Positions 15,792-23,291 of a stretch of DNA of 24,990 nt are shown here, one piece after another. The stretch comes from a virus (lineage: Duplodnaviria > Caudoviricetes): positions 1 through 24,990 of the IMG/VR virus record IMGVR_UViG_3300034166_001039. The stretch is one strand, 5' to 3'. Position numbers and translations under genes: made by a program. The notes below the pieces were generated by a model, which worked only from the letters and a program-made list of their open reading frames with translations, was not told the origin of the DNA and searched no databases. How positions within the stretch are numbered: the stretch's first letter is position 1; each line of letters opens with the position of its first letter.

Positions 15792-16283
15792 TTACGATGG
15801 GGCGTCGTTGCTCGCAGCCTCACCGAGCAGTGACAGCCGGTGCTTTGCCAGGAGCTTCACGATTTGTGACAGGCTGGTTTCTCCAAGCCCCGGAAAGCGC
15901 AATAGCTCTTCCGCCGACCGCACGAGCAGTTGTCCGATATTGCGAATACCGTGTTTTTCCAAGATGTTTTGGCACCGAAAAGGAATGGACGTTTGACTCA
16001 GCAAAAGGTCCATGATCGCGTCGTTTTTTCGCGGCTCAAACTCGCCGCACCAACCGTTTGCAGCAACTTGCGGATGCACCCAAAGCCAGCAATATTCTTC
16101 CGGTTTGTCTGGTTTTTCCGGATCGTCATGAGGCCAGCCAAGGAAATGTGTCGGAGGAAATCTCCTGCATGATTGGCGCAACATGCCGCCGCCAGGTGGT
16201 CCATAGAGGTGGTAGAACCGACAGTTGCGACAGCACTCGACCGGTTTCGATTCTTCGTTGTCATCCATCGTCATCCCCCGCAA
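15792..16283 (-). CDS. Four-Cys (HiPIP-like) domain fused to an RNA polymerase alpha-CTD-like domain
   Basis: CRNCRFY...CRRFPP...VAANGWCGEF followed by IPFRCQNILEKHGIRNIGQLLVRSAEELLRFPGLGETSLSQIVKLL. True start probably MTMDD near 16274. Confidence 0.75.
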   Translation of the reverse strand: MRGMTMDDNEESKPVECCRNCRFYHLYGPPGGGMLRQSCRRFPPTHFLGWPHDDPEKPDKPEEYCWLWVHPQVAANGWCGEFEPRKNDAIMDLLLSQTSIPFRCQNILEKHGIRNIGQLLVRSAEELLRFPGLGETSLSQIVKLLAKHRLSLLGEAASNDAPS

Positions 16284-16393
16284 ATTGCTAAAACCACACC
16301 CCGCGCCAAACGCACACAGTCGCGTTCTGCGGGGCTTCGGCTATCCGGACGGCCAATCGGTCGTCCTCGTGCCTCATCGCCACGCAGGCGCAA

Positions 16394-16696
16394 CTACGCT
16401 TTGCGACGCGACCGTTCCCGATTCTCCATCCGCTCCGCGTTGCGATCCGGCCTCGAATCAAGGAATCCGAATTCGACCGGCGCGAACTCGGCCCCGCAGC
16501 GTCGGCAGTGGTACGACCCGCGGTCGAGCCGATAGGCGTCGGTCCTCGGTCCGCATTGGGGGCACTTGGGGGCGACCGGCTTCGGGTTGGCCGACATCCG
16601 CACTTGGTCGACATCGCCACCGCAGCCCGAGCACAGGCCTCCGACGTTGTCCCGCTTGCCGTTGCAGATGCCGCAGAAAAAGAACGTGGGTTTCAC
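16394..16696 (-). CDS. Double zinc-ribbon protein
   Basis: GTG 16696 overlaps the upstream stop; four CxxC motifs (CGIC, CSGC, CPQC, CRRC). Confidence 0.65.
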   Translation of the reverse strand: MKPTFFFCGICNGKRDNVGGLCSGCGGDVDQVRMSANPKPVAPKCPQCGPRTDAYRLDRGSYHCRRCGAEFAPVEFGFLDSRPDRNAERMENRERSRRKA

Positions 16697-16887
16697 TTCG
16701 TCACCTTCCCGGCGTTCGCCGCCCATTGATCCCATGTCACCCTCGACCACCACCACACAGCCCCGTCGTCAACCTTGACGTACAAGCCGCGCTCCCCGCC
16801 GACGCCCATCAACTCGACAGGCTCAACCTTCATGCCATCGGCGTCGACCCACGGAACCCCCACAACCGGCTTCGTGTCGTGCGTCAT
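16693..16887 (-). CDS. Hypothetical protein (64 aa)
   Basis: ATGA and GTGA coupling at the two ends. Confidence 0.55.
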   Translation of the reverse strand: MTHDTKPVVGVPWVDADGMKVEPVELMGVGGERGLYVKVDDGAVWWWSRVTWDQWAANAGKVTK

Positions 16888-17084
16888 TTCCCATCCCTTC
16901 GGCGCACGCGCCCCTTGACGATGTTGCAAACATGCCCCCGCGAGCACTGGAACACGCGGGCTATCTCAGCGAGCGACTGACCCTCAGTGCTCATGCGGCG
17001 GATTGCTCGCACCTGCTGATTCGTGAGCCTCGCGCGTCGGCTGTCCTCGCCGCGAAGGTGTTCGAGGTAGATGGCTCGGGTCAT
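16884..17084 (-). CDS. Small helix-turn-helix protein
   Basis: RGEDSRRARLTNQQVRAIRR...SLAEIARVFQCSRGHVCNIVKG resembles the C-terminal HTH of phage HNH endonucleases; coupled at both ends. Confidence 0.75.
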   Translation of the reverse strand: MTRAIYLEHLRGEDSRRARLTNQQVRAIRRMSTEGQSLAEIARVFQCSRGHVCNIVKGRVRRRDGK

Positions 17085-17476
17085 TCATCCACATCGCTTT
17101 CAACTCGACGACCCAACGGCCAGTCCCCCGACCTGTCGCGTATCTCCTGTTCGCGATCTTCCGAACGCTGCACCCTTGCCTGCCACTCGGCCACCAGGTC
17201 ACGCAGCGGCCTTGCCTGCGCTTCATCCATCGGCGAACGGTAACTTTCCAACTCGTCAATCGTGGGGGATGATTCCAACTCGCTGACCCGCTCCCGCAGC
17301 CGCTCGTTCTCGGCTTGCAGTTCCGCACGCTCGGCGATGGCGATCTCGGCACGCCGCATCCAGCCATCACACTGCGGATAAGCGAACCCACACACACGAG
17401 GAATCGCCACGCGATCCGGGTACGCTTCCAAAAACCGTTTGTATTCCGCTTTCCGTTGCTCAGGCGTCATGCTCAC
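17081..17476 (-). CDS. Hypothetical coiled-coil protein
   Basis: GTG 17476 overlaps the upstream stop; ELQAENERLRERVSELE heptads. Confidence 0.55.
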   Translation of the reverse strand: MSMTPEQRKAEYKRFLEAYPDRVAIPRVCGFAYPQCDGWMRRAEIAIAERAELQAENERLRERVSELESSPTIDELESYRSPMDEAQARPLRDLVAEWQARVQRSEDREQEIRDRSGDWPLGRRVESDVDE

Positions 17477-18012
17477 GTCGCACCCCCGATCATGTTGAAC
17501 CCCGGCCACCGCTCACCCGTCCACAGGTCCACCGGCCACGAGTCCCCCCGCAGGTACAGCGGGTGTTTCGGGCTGCCGTCCGCGTTCTTGCCGAGGCAGC
17601 AGAACTGCACTCCGCGTGCTTCGCTGACTCGCCACAGCATGGCCTGAAAATCCATCGTGTGTTCGGGGAACCGCTTTCGTCCGTGCGTGCCCCACGCGCA
17701 AACCACGAGGCGGGCATAGTTCCCGGTGACCGTGGCGACCATCTTGGCGTTCTCAGGCCCGACCGGATCGGCGACCGCGTACAGGGCCTTCGGGTCGGTC
17801 GACCGATACGCAAACAGGTTGAGCATCACGAACCGGCCCGCGCCCCACGCCTTCGCGAAGTTGATGCACCGCGTCACCGTGGGGTCGTTGTTCGTCTCGT
17901 CGGCGGTCGACGGGTTCAGGCCGATGAACGCGACGAGGGGCTTCGATGGTTCCCACTCGCGGTAGAGCGTGTAGCGGTACGTCCGGTCGTCGGAGAAGAT
18001 TGTTCCGATCAC
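17473..18012 (-). CDS. DUF1643 family protein
   Basis: YRYTLYREW...FIGLNPSTADETNNDPTVTRC...NLFAYRSTDP...VCAWG...PKHPLY; start GTG 18012 by overlap. Confidence 0.9.
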   Translation of the reverse strand: MIGTIFSDDRTYRYTLYREWEPSKPLVAFIGLNPSTADETNNDPTVTRCINFAKAWGAGRFVMLNLFAYRSTDPKALYAVADPVGPENAKMVATVTGNYARLVVCAWGTHGRKRFPEHTMDFQAMLWRVSEARGVQFCCLGKNADGSPKHPLYLRGDSWPVDLWTGERWPGFNMIGGAT

Positions 18013-18254
18013 GAGGCACCTCGCACGCCAAGTCGCTCGTTGGCCCACGCGACTACCTCAGCCAGCGGCTGCCAGCCAATGTTGATCGGGGACTGCCGGT
18101 CCCGATGGATGGTCACCCACCAAAGCGAATCCTGGGGCGAGCCACGTTCGAGCACAGCGAACACGCCGTCGTGCAGCCGCGTGAAACACGGGCCTTGTGG
18201 CGTCCAGCCATCGGGCGTTGCGATGTCGTCGTTCATCACCGAATCTCCGCTCAC
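18009..18254 (-). CDS. Hypothetical protein (~81 aa)
   Basis: GTGA coupling at both ends. Confidence 0.5.
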   Translation of the reverse strand: MSGDSVMNDDIATPDGWTPQGPCFTRLHDGVFAVLERGSPQDSLWWVTIHRDRQSPINIGWQPLAEVVAWANERLGVRGAS

Positions 18255-18856
18255 GAGGCCACCGCCCTTCTCACAGTCACCACCCACACGAACGGGTCCG
18301 AGTCGAACAGTTTGCCGCCGATCTTCTCCCGCAGAGCGCACCTCGACTCATTCCGATCCTCTCTCCGACCACCAGACGAGAACGCCATGTGACTCGGGAT
18401 CGGAACCCCCATTGCCATCGCCATCGCTTCCGTCACCTTCGACACCCGCATCACGTCCACCGCTTCGACGGCGATCCGCTCGCGGGCGTATCGCTGCGGC
18501 ATCTGCGTAGCTGGTCGCCACTTGCGGTTCTCGCCGTCCGGCCCCTCTGGATCGTTCAGGTAGTCGTCGCGATACCAGCAATCCTTGTCGTCGATTGGCC
18601 AGTGCGGCTCGGCGAGCCACAGTTCACCCTCGGGCTGAAATGGCGACAGGATTCCGAACTCGCCGTCATCCGAAAACAACCCAAACACTTCCTCGTCAGG
18701 CTGTTCGATGCCGCCTTTGCCCACGACAGTTGGGTGATACCTCCCGACAGTCCAGCCGTCGTGTCGCGGCTGTAGAGCGAGCACCCGCACGAGCATCGTC
18801 GCGCCGTTCCGCAGCGCGAGGCGTTCCCATTCCTTCAGGATCAGGCGTCGGCCCAT
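18251..18856 (-). CDS. ASCH/PUA-like phage protein
   Basis: ALRNGATMLVR...PEGELWLAE...WRPATQMPQRYARERI...V..MRVSKVTEA.A...PFVWVV is a divergent match to the phage ASCH-like family (WxPSIHMPR...NPWVWV). Confidence 0.6.
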   Translation of the reverse strand: MGRRLILKEWERLALRNGATMLVRVLALQPRHDGWTVGRYHPTVVGKGGIEQPDEEVFGLFSDDGEFGILSPFQPEGELWLAEPHWPIDDKDCWYRDDYLNDPEGPDGENRKWRPATQMPQRYARERIAVEAVDVMRVSKVTEAMAMAMGVPIPSHMAFSSGGRREDRNESRCALREKIGGKLFDSDPFVWVVTVRRAVAS

Positions 18857-19047
18857 CACTGCACCTTTCGCAAATTGCCACACGGCACGGCGTAGACCGC
18901 GCCATCAACCTTGACCCCGTGGTTCCTCGGCTTCCCTCGCGACACCACGACGACCGTCCCCTCGCGCCCGTGCAACGGCATGAACGCCGCGCGGTCGCGC
19001 CGATACCACACCTGCACACGTTGACCGAGGCGCGGGTTAGCGAGCAT
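18856..19047 (-). CDS. Small SH3/KOW-like protein (63 aa)
   Basis: GQRVQVWY...HGREGTVV...VKVDG...VPCGNL; overlaps both neighbours. Confidence 0.6.
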   Translation of the reverse strand: MLANPRLGQRVQVWYRRDRAAFMPLHGREGTVVVVSRGKPRNHGVKVDGAVYAVPCGNLRKVQ

Positions 19048-19240
19048 CTTCGACGCGATCCTTTCTCTGCCTGTCCCAAGTCCAGATGTTCCATTTCCGG
19101 ACGCTTCCTCGCGGGTGCAGCTTCCAATGCACAGCCCCCGCCGAGAGCTTCACAACCTGAACCACACGCTCGTGGCTGCCATCGAACATGCCTCGCCAAA
19201 GCGACCCCACTTCAGGAAATGGCGGATACGGACTGGTCAC
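19037..19240 (-). CDS. Hypothetical protein (67 aa)
   Basis: GTG 19240 overlaps the RusA stop; C-terminal part of the 248-aa track ORF. Confidence 0.55.
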   Translation of the reverse strand: MTSPYPPFPEVGSLWRGMFDGSHERVVQVVKLSAGAVHWKLHPRGSVRKWNIWTWDRQRKDRVEDAR

Positions 19241-19662
19241 ACCAGCACCCCCTGTCGCTCCCCCACGCGCTCCCACCCGAGATGCCGCACGGCACCCTCG
19301 ACCAACTCGATTTCCACGTCGATCGCGCCACCGGGCACGATGTCGCTGAACACCAACGCAAGCCCCGTGATCTGGCTGTCGTCGGCCCACACGCGAGACT
19401 TCGTCAGCGCGTCTAGCACGGCCTTCGGCAGGTTGTCCAAGTCCCGCTTGCGTCGGTCCGGTGGATGAACGACCAGCGTTACCGCGACCTTCGCGCCGGT
19501 CGCACGCAGGCCGGGCCACCGCTCCCAGACGGCAGCCGCGACCTGCGCGCGAAACGCCTTGCCCTTCGCGCCGATGAACACGCACACCCGCTTTTTGACC
19601 ACGGTCGAAAACCAGTAGTCGTTGACCGAGGGCGGCCACGGCAGTCGGATCGATGCTTTCAC
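19237..19662 (-). CDS. rusA: RusA-family Holliday junction resolvase
   Basis: LPWPPSVNDYW...PPDRRKRDLDNLPKAVLDAL...DDSQI; GTG 19662 by overlap. Confidence 0.93.
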   Translation of the reverse strand: MKASIRLPWPPSVNDYWFSTVVKKRVCVFIGAKGKAFRAQVAAAVWERWPGLRATGAKVAVTLVVHPPDRRKRDLDNLPKAVLDALTKSRVWADDSQITGLALVFSDIVPGGAIDVEIELVEGAVRHLGWERVGERQGVLV

Positions 19663-20603
19663 GATGCGGCCCCGTCGCCAGTTTGGTCGAACACCGTGCC
19701 CGCGTTGCTGTCGGCCTCGCCCGCTTCCCACCCGAGTTGCCACGCCTTCGCCCGACGGTCGCCTGCCGGGTACGGGTTGGCAACGACCACCGTGTCGTCA
19801 GCGGTCTTTGCGTCCCACGTTTCGCGCCCCTGGTGGAAGGCGTAGTCCACGTCGCTCCGGTCCTCGTCGGACACCATCGGGTGTTGCTGGCGGAACGCGA
19901 GGTGAGCGTCTTGCAAGGTCGTCAGCTTCTCCTTGCCGATACCCTTGATGTCCCGGTGCCAGAACTCGGGGTTGTTCGCCATGAACTTTTCGAGGTGGCC
20001 CACCGTGCCGCCGCCGACTGCGGCCTTGAGCGACTTCGTGATGCCCTTGGTCGTGCCGAACTGCTTCAGCGTAGAAAGCGGCATCGCGGCGCCGTCGTCG
20101 CGCTTCAGGTCGGCGAGACACGACGGTGAGGCGGCAGCGGCAGGGAACTTAATCGGCTTCGTGATCGGTCCCACGTCCTCGTGGTCGTCGTGCCCCTCGT
20201 CGTCTTCGCCATCGTCCTCGTCGGGCAAATCCTCGACATGCGACACGATCAGTCGACCCGCGCTGTTCGCGAGCTTCTGGCACTCGTTCGCGTCAACCGA
20301 TCCAGCGGAGAACGACAGAGAGAACGTGTACCCGTTCGCGTTCACCCCGTATCGCTTCACGTCGAACGCACCCTCGACCGAATGGGCCTCGCCTTCCATG
20401 CCCGGCAACAACGCTTGATTGGGGGCGGCAAAGCGACCCCCACGAACCAGCTTGCCGGTCAATCGCTTGCAGCACAGCCGCCGGTCCACCTCGTCCAAAT
20501 TCATTTCCGTCCGCGAGACCTTCATGCCGAAGGTGATGACCTGCGCTCGCAGACTGACAACCCCGAAGTCGCACCCGATATCGAAACCTTCACCGCCGTC
20601 CAT
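19659..20603 (-). CDS. Multidomain hypothetical protein with helix-hairpin-helix and C-terminal Rmf-like motif
   Basis: ATG 20603 with GGAGG; acidic linker; TVGHL...IKGIGKEKLTTLQDA; AFHQGR...NPY...AWQLGWEAG. Confidence 0.65.
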   Translation of the reverse strand: MDGGEGFDIGCDFGVVSLRAQVITFGMKVSRTEMNLDEVDRRLCCKRLTGKLVRGGRFAAPNQALLPGMEGEAHSVEGAFDVKRYGVNANGYTFSLSFSAGSVDANECQKLANSAGRLIVSHVEDLPDEDDGEDDEGHDDHEDVGPITKPIKFPAAAASPSCLADLKRDDGAAMPLSTLKQFGTTKGITKSLKAAVGGGTVGHLEKFMANNPEFWHRDIKGIGKEKLTTLQDAHLAFRQQHPMVSDEDRSDVDYAFHQGRETWDAKTADDTVVVANPYPAGDRRAKAWQLGWEAGEADSNAGTVFDQTGDGAAS

Positions 20604-20648
20604 GTTCGCCTCCGTCAGAATGAACCACGCTCGAACCAAACCACCTCG

Positions 20649-22049
20649 TCAAAACTCGATTTGTGTCTGCGACGGCACGCCGTAGCCGGGCGCGTCCGCC
20701 GCATTGCGAAACGTCATCAGCCGCGCGTCCCAGTGCAGGTCGATCGCGCCTGTCTTCCCGTTCCGATGCTTCGCCACGATCAGCACCGCGTCGCTTTCCG
20801 GTAGCTGCGGGTCGTAGTAATGCGGCCGATTCGGGAAGAGCACGATGTCCGCGTCCTGCTCGATGCTCCCCGACTCGCGGAGGTCCGACAGGCGGGGCCG
20901 CTTTTCGTCGCGCCCCTCGATCCCGCGATTGAGTTGCGCCAGCGCCACGACGGCGATCTTGAGTTGCCGCGCGAGTTGCTTGAGACCGCGCGTGATCTCG
21001 GCCACCTGCTGTTCCCGCGGGATGCGTCGGTCGTCCGGTTGGATCAATTGCAGGTAGTCCAGAAACACCACCCGCACGCCGTGCTTTCGCGCGGCCACCC
21101 GGCACAGCGAGGCGATGGCGGAGAACCGCACGGTGTTCTCGTCGATCTGGATCGGCAGATCCCCCAGTCCGCTCGCCGATTCAAGAATCCGCGCCATCTC
21201 GTCCGCGCTCTTGCGTTCGCCCGTCAGGATGCCGCCGATCCCCGTTTGGGTTTGCAGCAGCCGCGAGGAGAGTTCCAGCCGCGATTGCTCCATCGAGAAC
21301 ATCAGCACCGGCGACCCACGCTTGGCGAGGCCCAGCATCATGTTTGCCGCGAGCGCGGTTTTGCCCATCGAGGGACGCGCAGCCAGGATGACCAGTTGCC
21401 CAGCCTTGAGGCCGCCGCCGGTCAATGCGTCGAAGTCCGTGAACCCGGTTGGCCAGCCGACAATCGGCCCGTCGTGCAGCGCGTCGAGGAGTTGCAGCAT
21501 CGACTCGCGGATCGTCACGTCGACCCGCTGTCGCCCGGCCCGTTCCTCGATGATCGTGTGCAACGCCGATTCGCTGTCGGCCAGCGCCTCGTCAACGTCG
21601 ATGTTTTCGCGTCGCGCCATCGCCTTCATGTCAACCGCGGCGCGGAGCAACCGCCGGCGAACGTGACAGTCCGCTACCATCTCGGCATAGGCGACCGCGT
21701 GCCCGGCGATGGGCACGGTGTTCATACACTGGATCAAAAACTCTTGTTCGGCGTTGAAACCCTCGTCGCCCGGCTCCGCGTCTTTCAGCTTCCGCAACGC
21801 CTCGAACACGGTGACGGTGTCGACGTACTTCGACTTCTCGACCATCGACGACAGCACGCGAAACACGCGACCGGCGCGAGGCTGGTAGAACGAGGCCTCG
21901 GTGACGATCCCCGAGACGTTGTCGACCTCCGTCGAATCCAGGAGAAGCGAACCCAGCAGCGAGTTTTCGGCGTCAAAGTTGGTCGGCGGCATTTCGATAT
22001 GCGGGGCGTCCGCCTCGCGATCGCGCCGTGTTGCCGTGGCCGTGCTCAT
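20649..22049 (-). CDS. dnaB: Replicative DNA helicase DnaB
   Basis: AENSLLGSLL, TGFTDFD, AARPSMGKT, FSMEQ, DYLQL, QLNRGIEGR, PRLSDLRESGSIEQDAD, AKHRNG; start ATG 22049 by overlap. Confidence 0.97.
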   Translation of the reverse strand: MSTATATRRDREADAPHIEMPPTNFDAENSLLGSLLLDSTEVDNVSGIVTEASFYQPRAGRVFRVLSSMVEKSKYVDTVTVFEALRKLKDAEPGDEGFNAEQEFLIQCMNTVPIAGHAVAYAEMVADCHVRRRLLRAAVDMKAMARRENIDVDEALADSESALHTIIEERAGRQRVDVTIRESMLQLLDALHDGPIVGWPTGFTDFDALTGGGLKAGQLVILAARPSMGKTALAANMMLGLAKRGSPVLMFSMEQSRLELSSRLLQTQTGIGGILTGERKSADEMARILESASGLGDLPIQIDENTVRFSAIASLCRVAARKHGVRVVFLDYLQLIQPDDRRIPREQQVAEITRGLKQLARQLKIAVVALAQLNRGIEGRDEKRPRLSDLRESGSIEQDADIVLFPNRPHYYDPQLPESDAVLIVAKHRNGKTGAIDLHWDARLMTFRNAADAPGYGVPSQTQIEF

Positions 22050-22192
22050 CGCGTCACCCGCTTTCCGTCCCGCATCGCCCGCAAGTGCGCGAGGCACACC
22101 TGCCGAAACCGTTCCACGTCCACCGGCGAGGCGTCCCGCGACCGAGGTCGCAACAACGCCCGCAACGCCGCTTGTCGTTCTCGCTCGCTCAC
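22046..22192 (-). CDS. 48-aa basic helical protein (below the ORF-track size cut-off)
   Basis: VSERERQAALRALLRPRSRDASPVDVERFRQVCLAHLRAMRDGKRVTR; GTGA overlap with the initiator stop and ATGA overlap with the dnaB start. Confidence 0.6.
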   Translation of the reverse strand: MSERERQAALRALLRPRSRDASPVDVERFRQVCLAHLRAMRDGKRVTR

Positions 22193-23001
22193 GACCGCCC
22201 CCCCAGCTTCGCGGCCAGTTGTGCAGCCGCGTCGTTCACCTTGCCCGCCCGCATCCGCTTGAGACGCGCCCGGCCCCTGTCCTCGTCGGCGTCGGTCAGC
22301 CGATCCGGCAGCCCCTTGCGGACGTTCGCGACGAACATCACCGCCGCGTTGCGCACACCTTTGGCCGACAACACGCGCTCGGCCTCGGCGACAAATCGCA
22401 GTCGCATGGCTTCGGAGTCTGGAATCACCCCTGCGGCGACGGCTTCGCGGAAACGCTCGATCAGCTTGGCGTCGTCCGTCAGGTCGGATTTCTTCCAGTC
22501 CGTTAGGACACCCATTCCACCCTTGCGCGCGCCGTTAGGGTGGGTATGGGTGTTTGTATTCTGTATCTGATTCTGATTCTGATTCTGACGTACGTCAGGC
22601 GCGGGATAACCGGGGGGGTTAAGGGGGGGGTTAACCCCTTCGAGGAGCTTTGGATTGCCGCCCCTCGCCCCATTTACTTCCGCCTCTCGCCGTAACTCCT
22701 CATCCCGCAACATCCTACGACTGACCACGCAACCGTCGTCGGTCAGCGACAGCACTCCGGCGTCATGTAATTCCGTGAACAATTTGTGATACCGATTGAG
22801 GCGCAAACCGAGCGCTTTTGCGATCACGTTTGGTTCCGGATTGCGCCCAGAAATGAACCGAAACGCGCCGCGTTCTGGCGAAATCCACATCAGACAGAGC
22901 ATGTCGATCCACATCCCTTTTGCCGCATGCGACACCACCCGCAGGGCTGGATCGTTGAGCCAGTCCGACGGGTAGAACTTCATGTACGGCAGCTTGGCCA
23001 T
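22189..23001 (-). CDS. Phage replication initiator (YdaU/DUF1376-like N-terminus, lambda O analogue)
   Basis: MAKLPYMKFYPSDWLND...AKGMWIDMLCLMW...SRRMLRD...GARGGNP; low-complexity middle; upstream of dnaB. Confidence 0.8.
   Translation of the reverse strand: MAKLPYMKFYPSDWLNDPALRVVSHAAKGMWIDMLCLMWISPERGAFRFISGRNPEPNVIAKALGLRLNRYHKLFTELHDAGVLSLTDDGCVVSRRMLRDEELRREAEVNGARGGNPKLLEGVNPPLNPPGYPAPDVRQNQNQNQIQNTNTHTHPNGARKGGMGVLTDWKKSDLTDDAKLIERFREAVAAGVIPDSEAMRLRFVAEAERVLSAKGVRNAAVMFVANVRKGLPDRLTDADEDRGRARLKRMRAGKVNDAAAQLAAKLGGRS
22540..22640. repeat. Putative replication origin (iteron-like repeats + AT-rich tract)
   Basis: GGATAACC/GGTTAAGG/GGTTAACC at 22604, 22617 and 22629 separated by G runs; palindrome CTGACGTACGTCAG 22585-22598; TTCTGA tandem repeats 22559-22588. 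Confidence 0.6.
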
Positions 23002-23026
23002 CGGTCCCTCGTTGAAGAAAACTCAG

Positions 23027-23091
23027 AGGCCCGCCGGGGAGTCGAACCCCGCAGTCGGCGGCATGACTGCCGACCAGCACCTGCACGAGCC
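23027..23091 (-). ncRNA. D-armless tRNA-like element, copy 1
   Basis: GGCTCGT GCAGGTGCT GGTCGGC AGTCATGCC GCCGACT G CGGGG TTCGACT CCCCG GCGGGCC T. 7-bp acceptor, canonical T-arm, 7-bp stem with 9-nt loop, no D arm, no encoded CCA. Confidence 0.7.
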
Positions 23092-23291
23092 GTTGGCCGT
23101 CCGTGGCCGTGGCATCCCTACCCGCGATCCGTCTTCCCTCCACTCGTTTCTCATCCGGGCGCGGATGTTTTGTCCGGGGGCTGCTACGTCCCCTGTGCGG
23201 CACGAGTGATGCACCGGCGGATTCCGCAACCGAGCGACGAACAGACGAATCGCTCGGCGGCGTCGGAACCGCGTCCGTAGCCCAACGCGGG

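Noticed and set aside
20604-20648. GGTTCGAG as a third T-loop element
   Set aside because: No flanking T-stem or acceptor stem.
23027-23091. Calling the element a functional tRNA-Met/Ile (CAT) or Sec/suppressor (TCA)
   Set aside because: No D arm, a 9-nt loop with ambiguous anticodon register, 7-bp stem and no CCA; reported only as tRNA-like.
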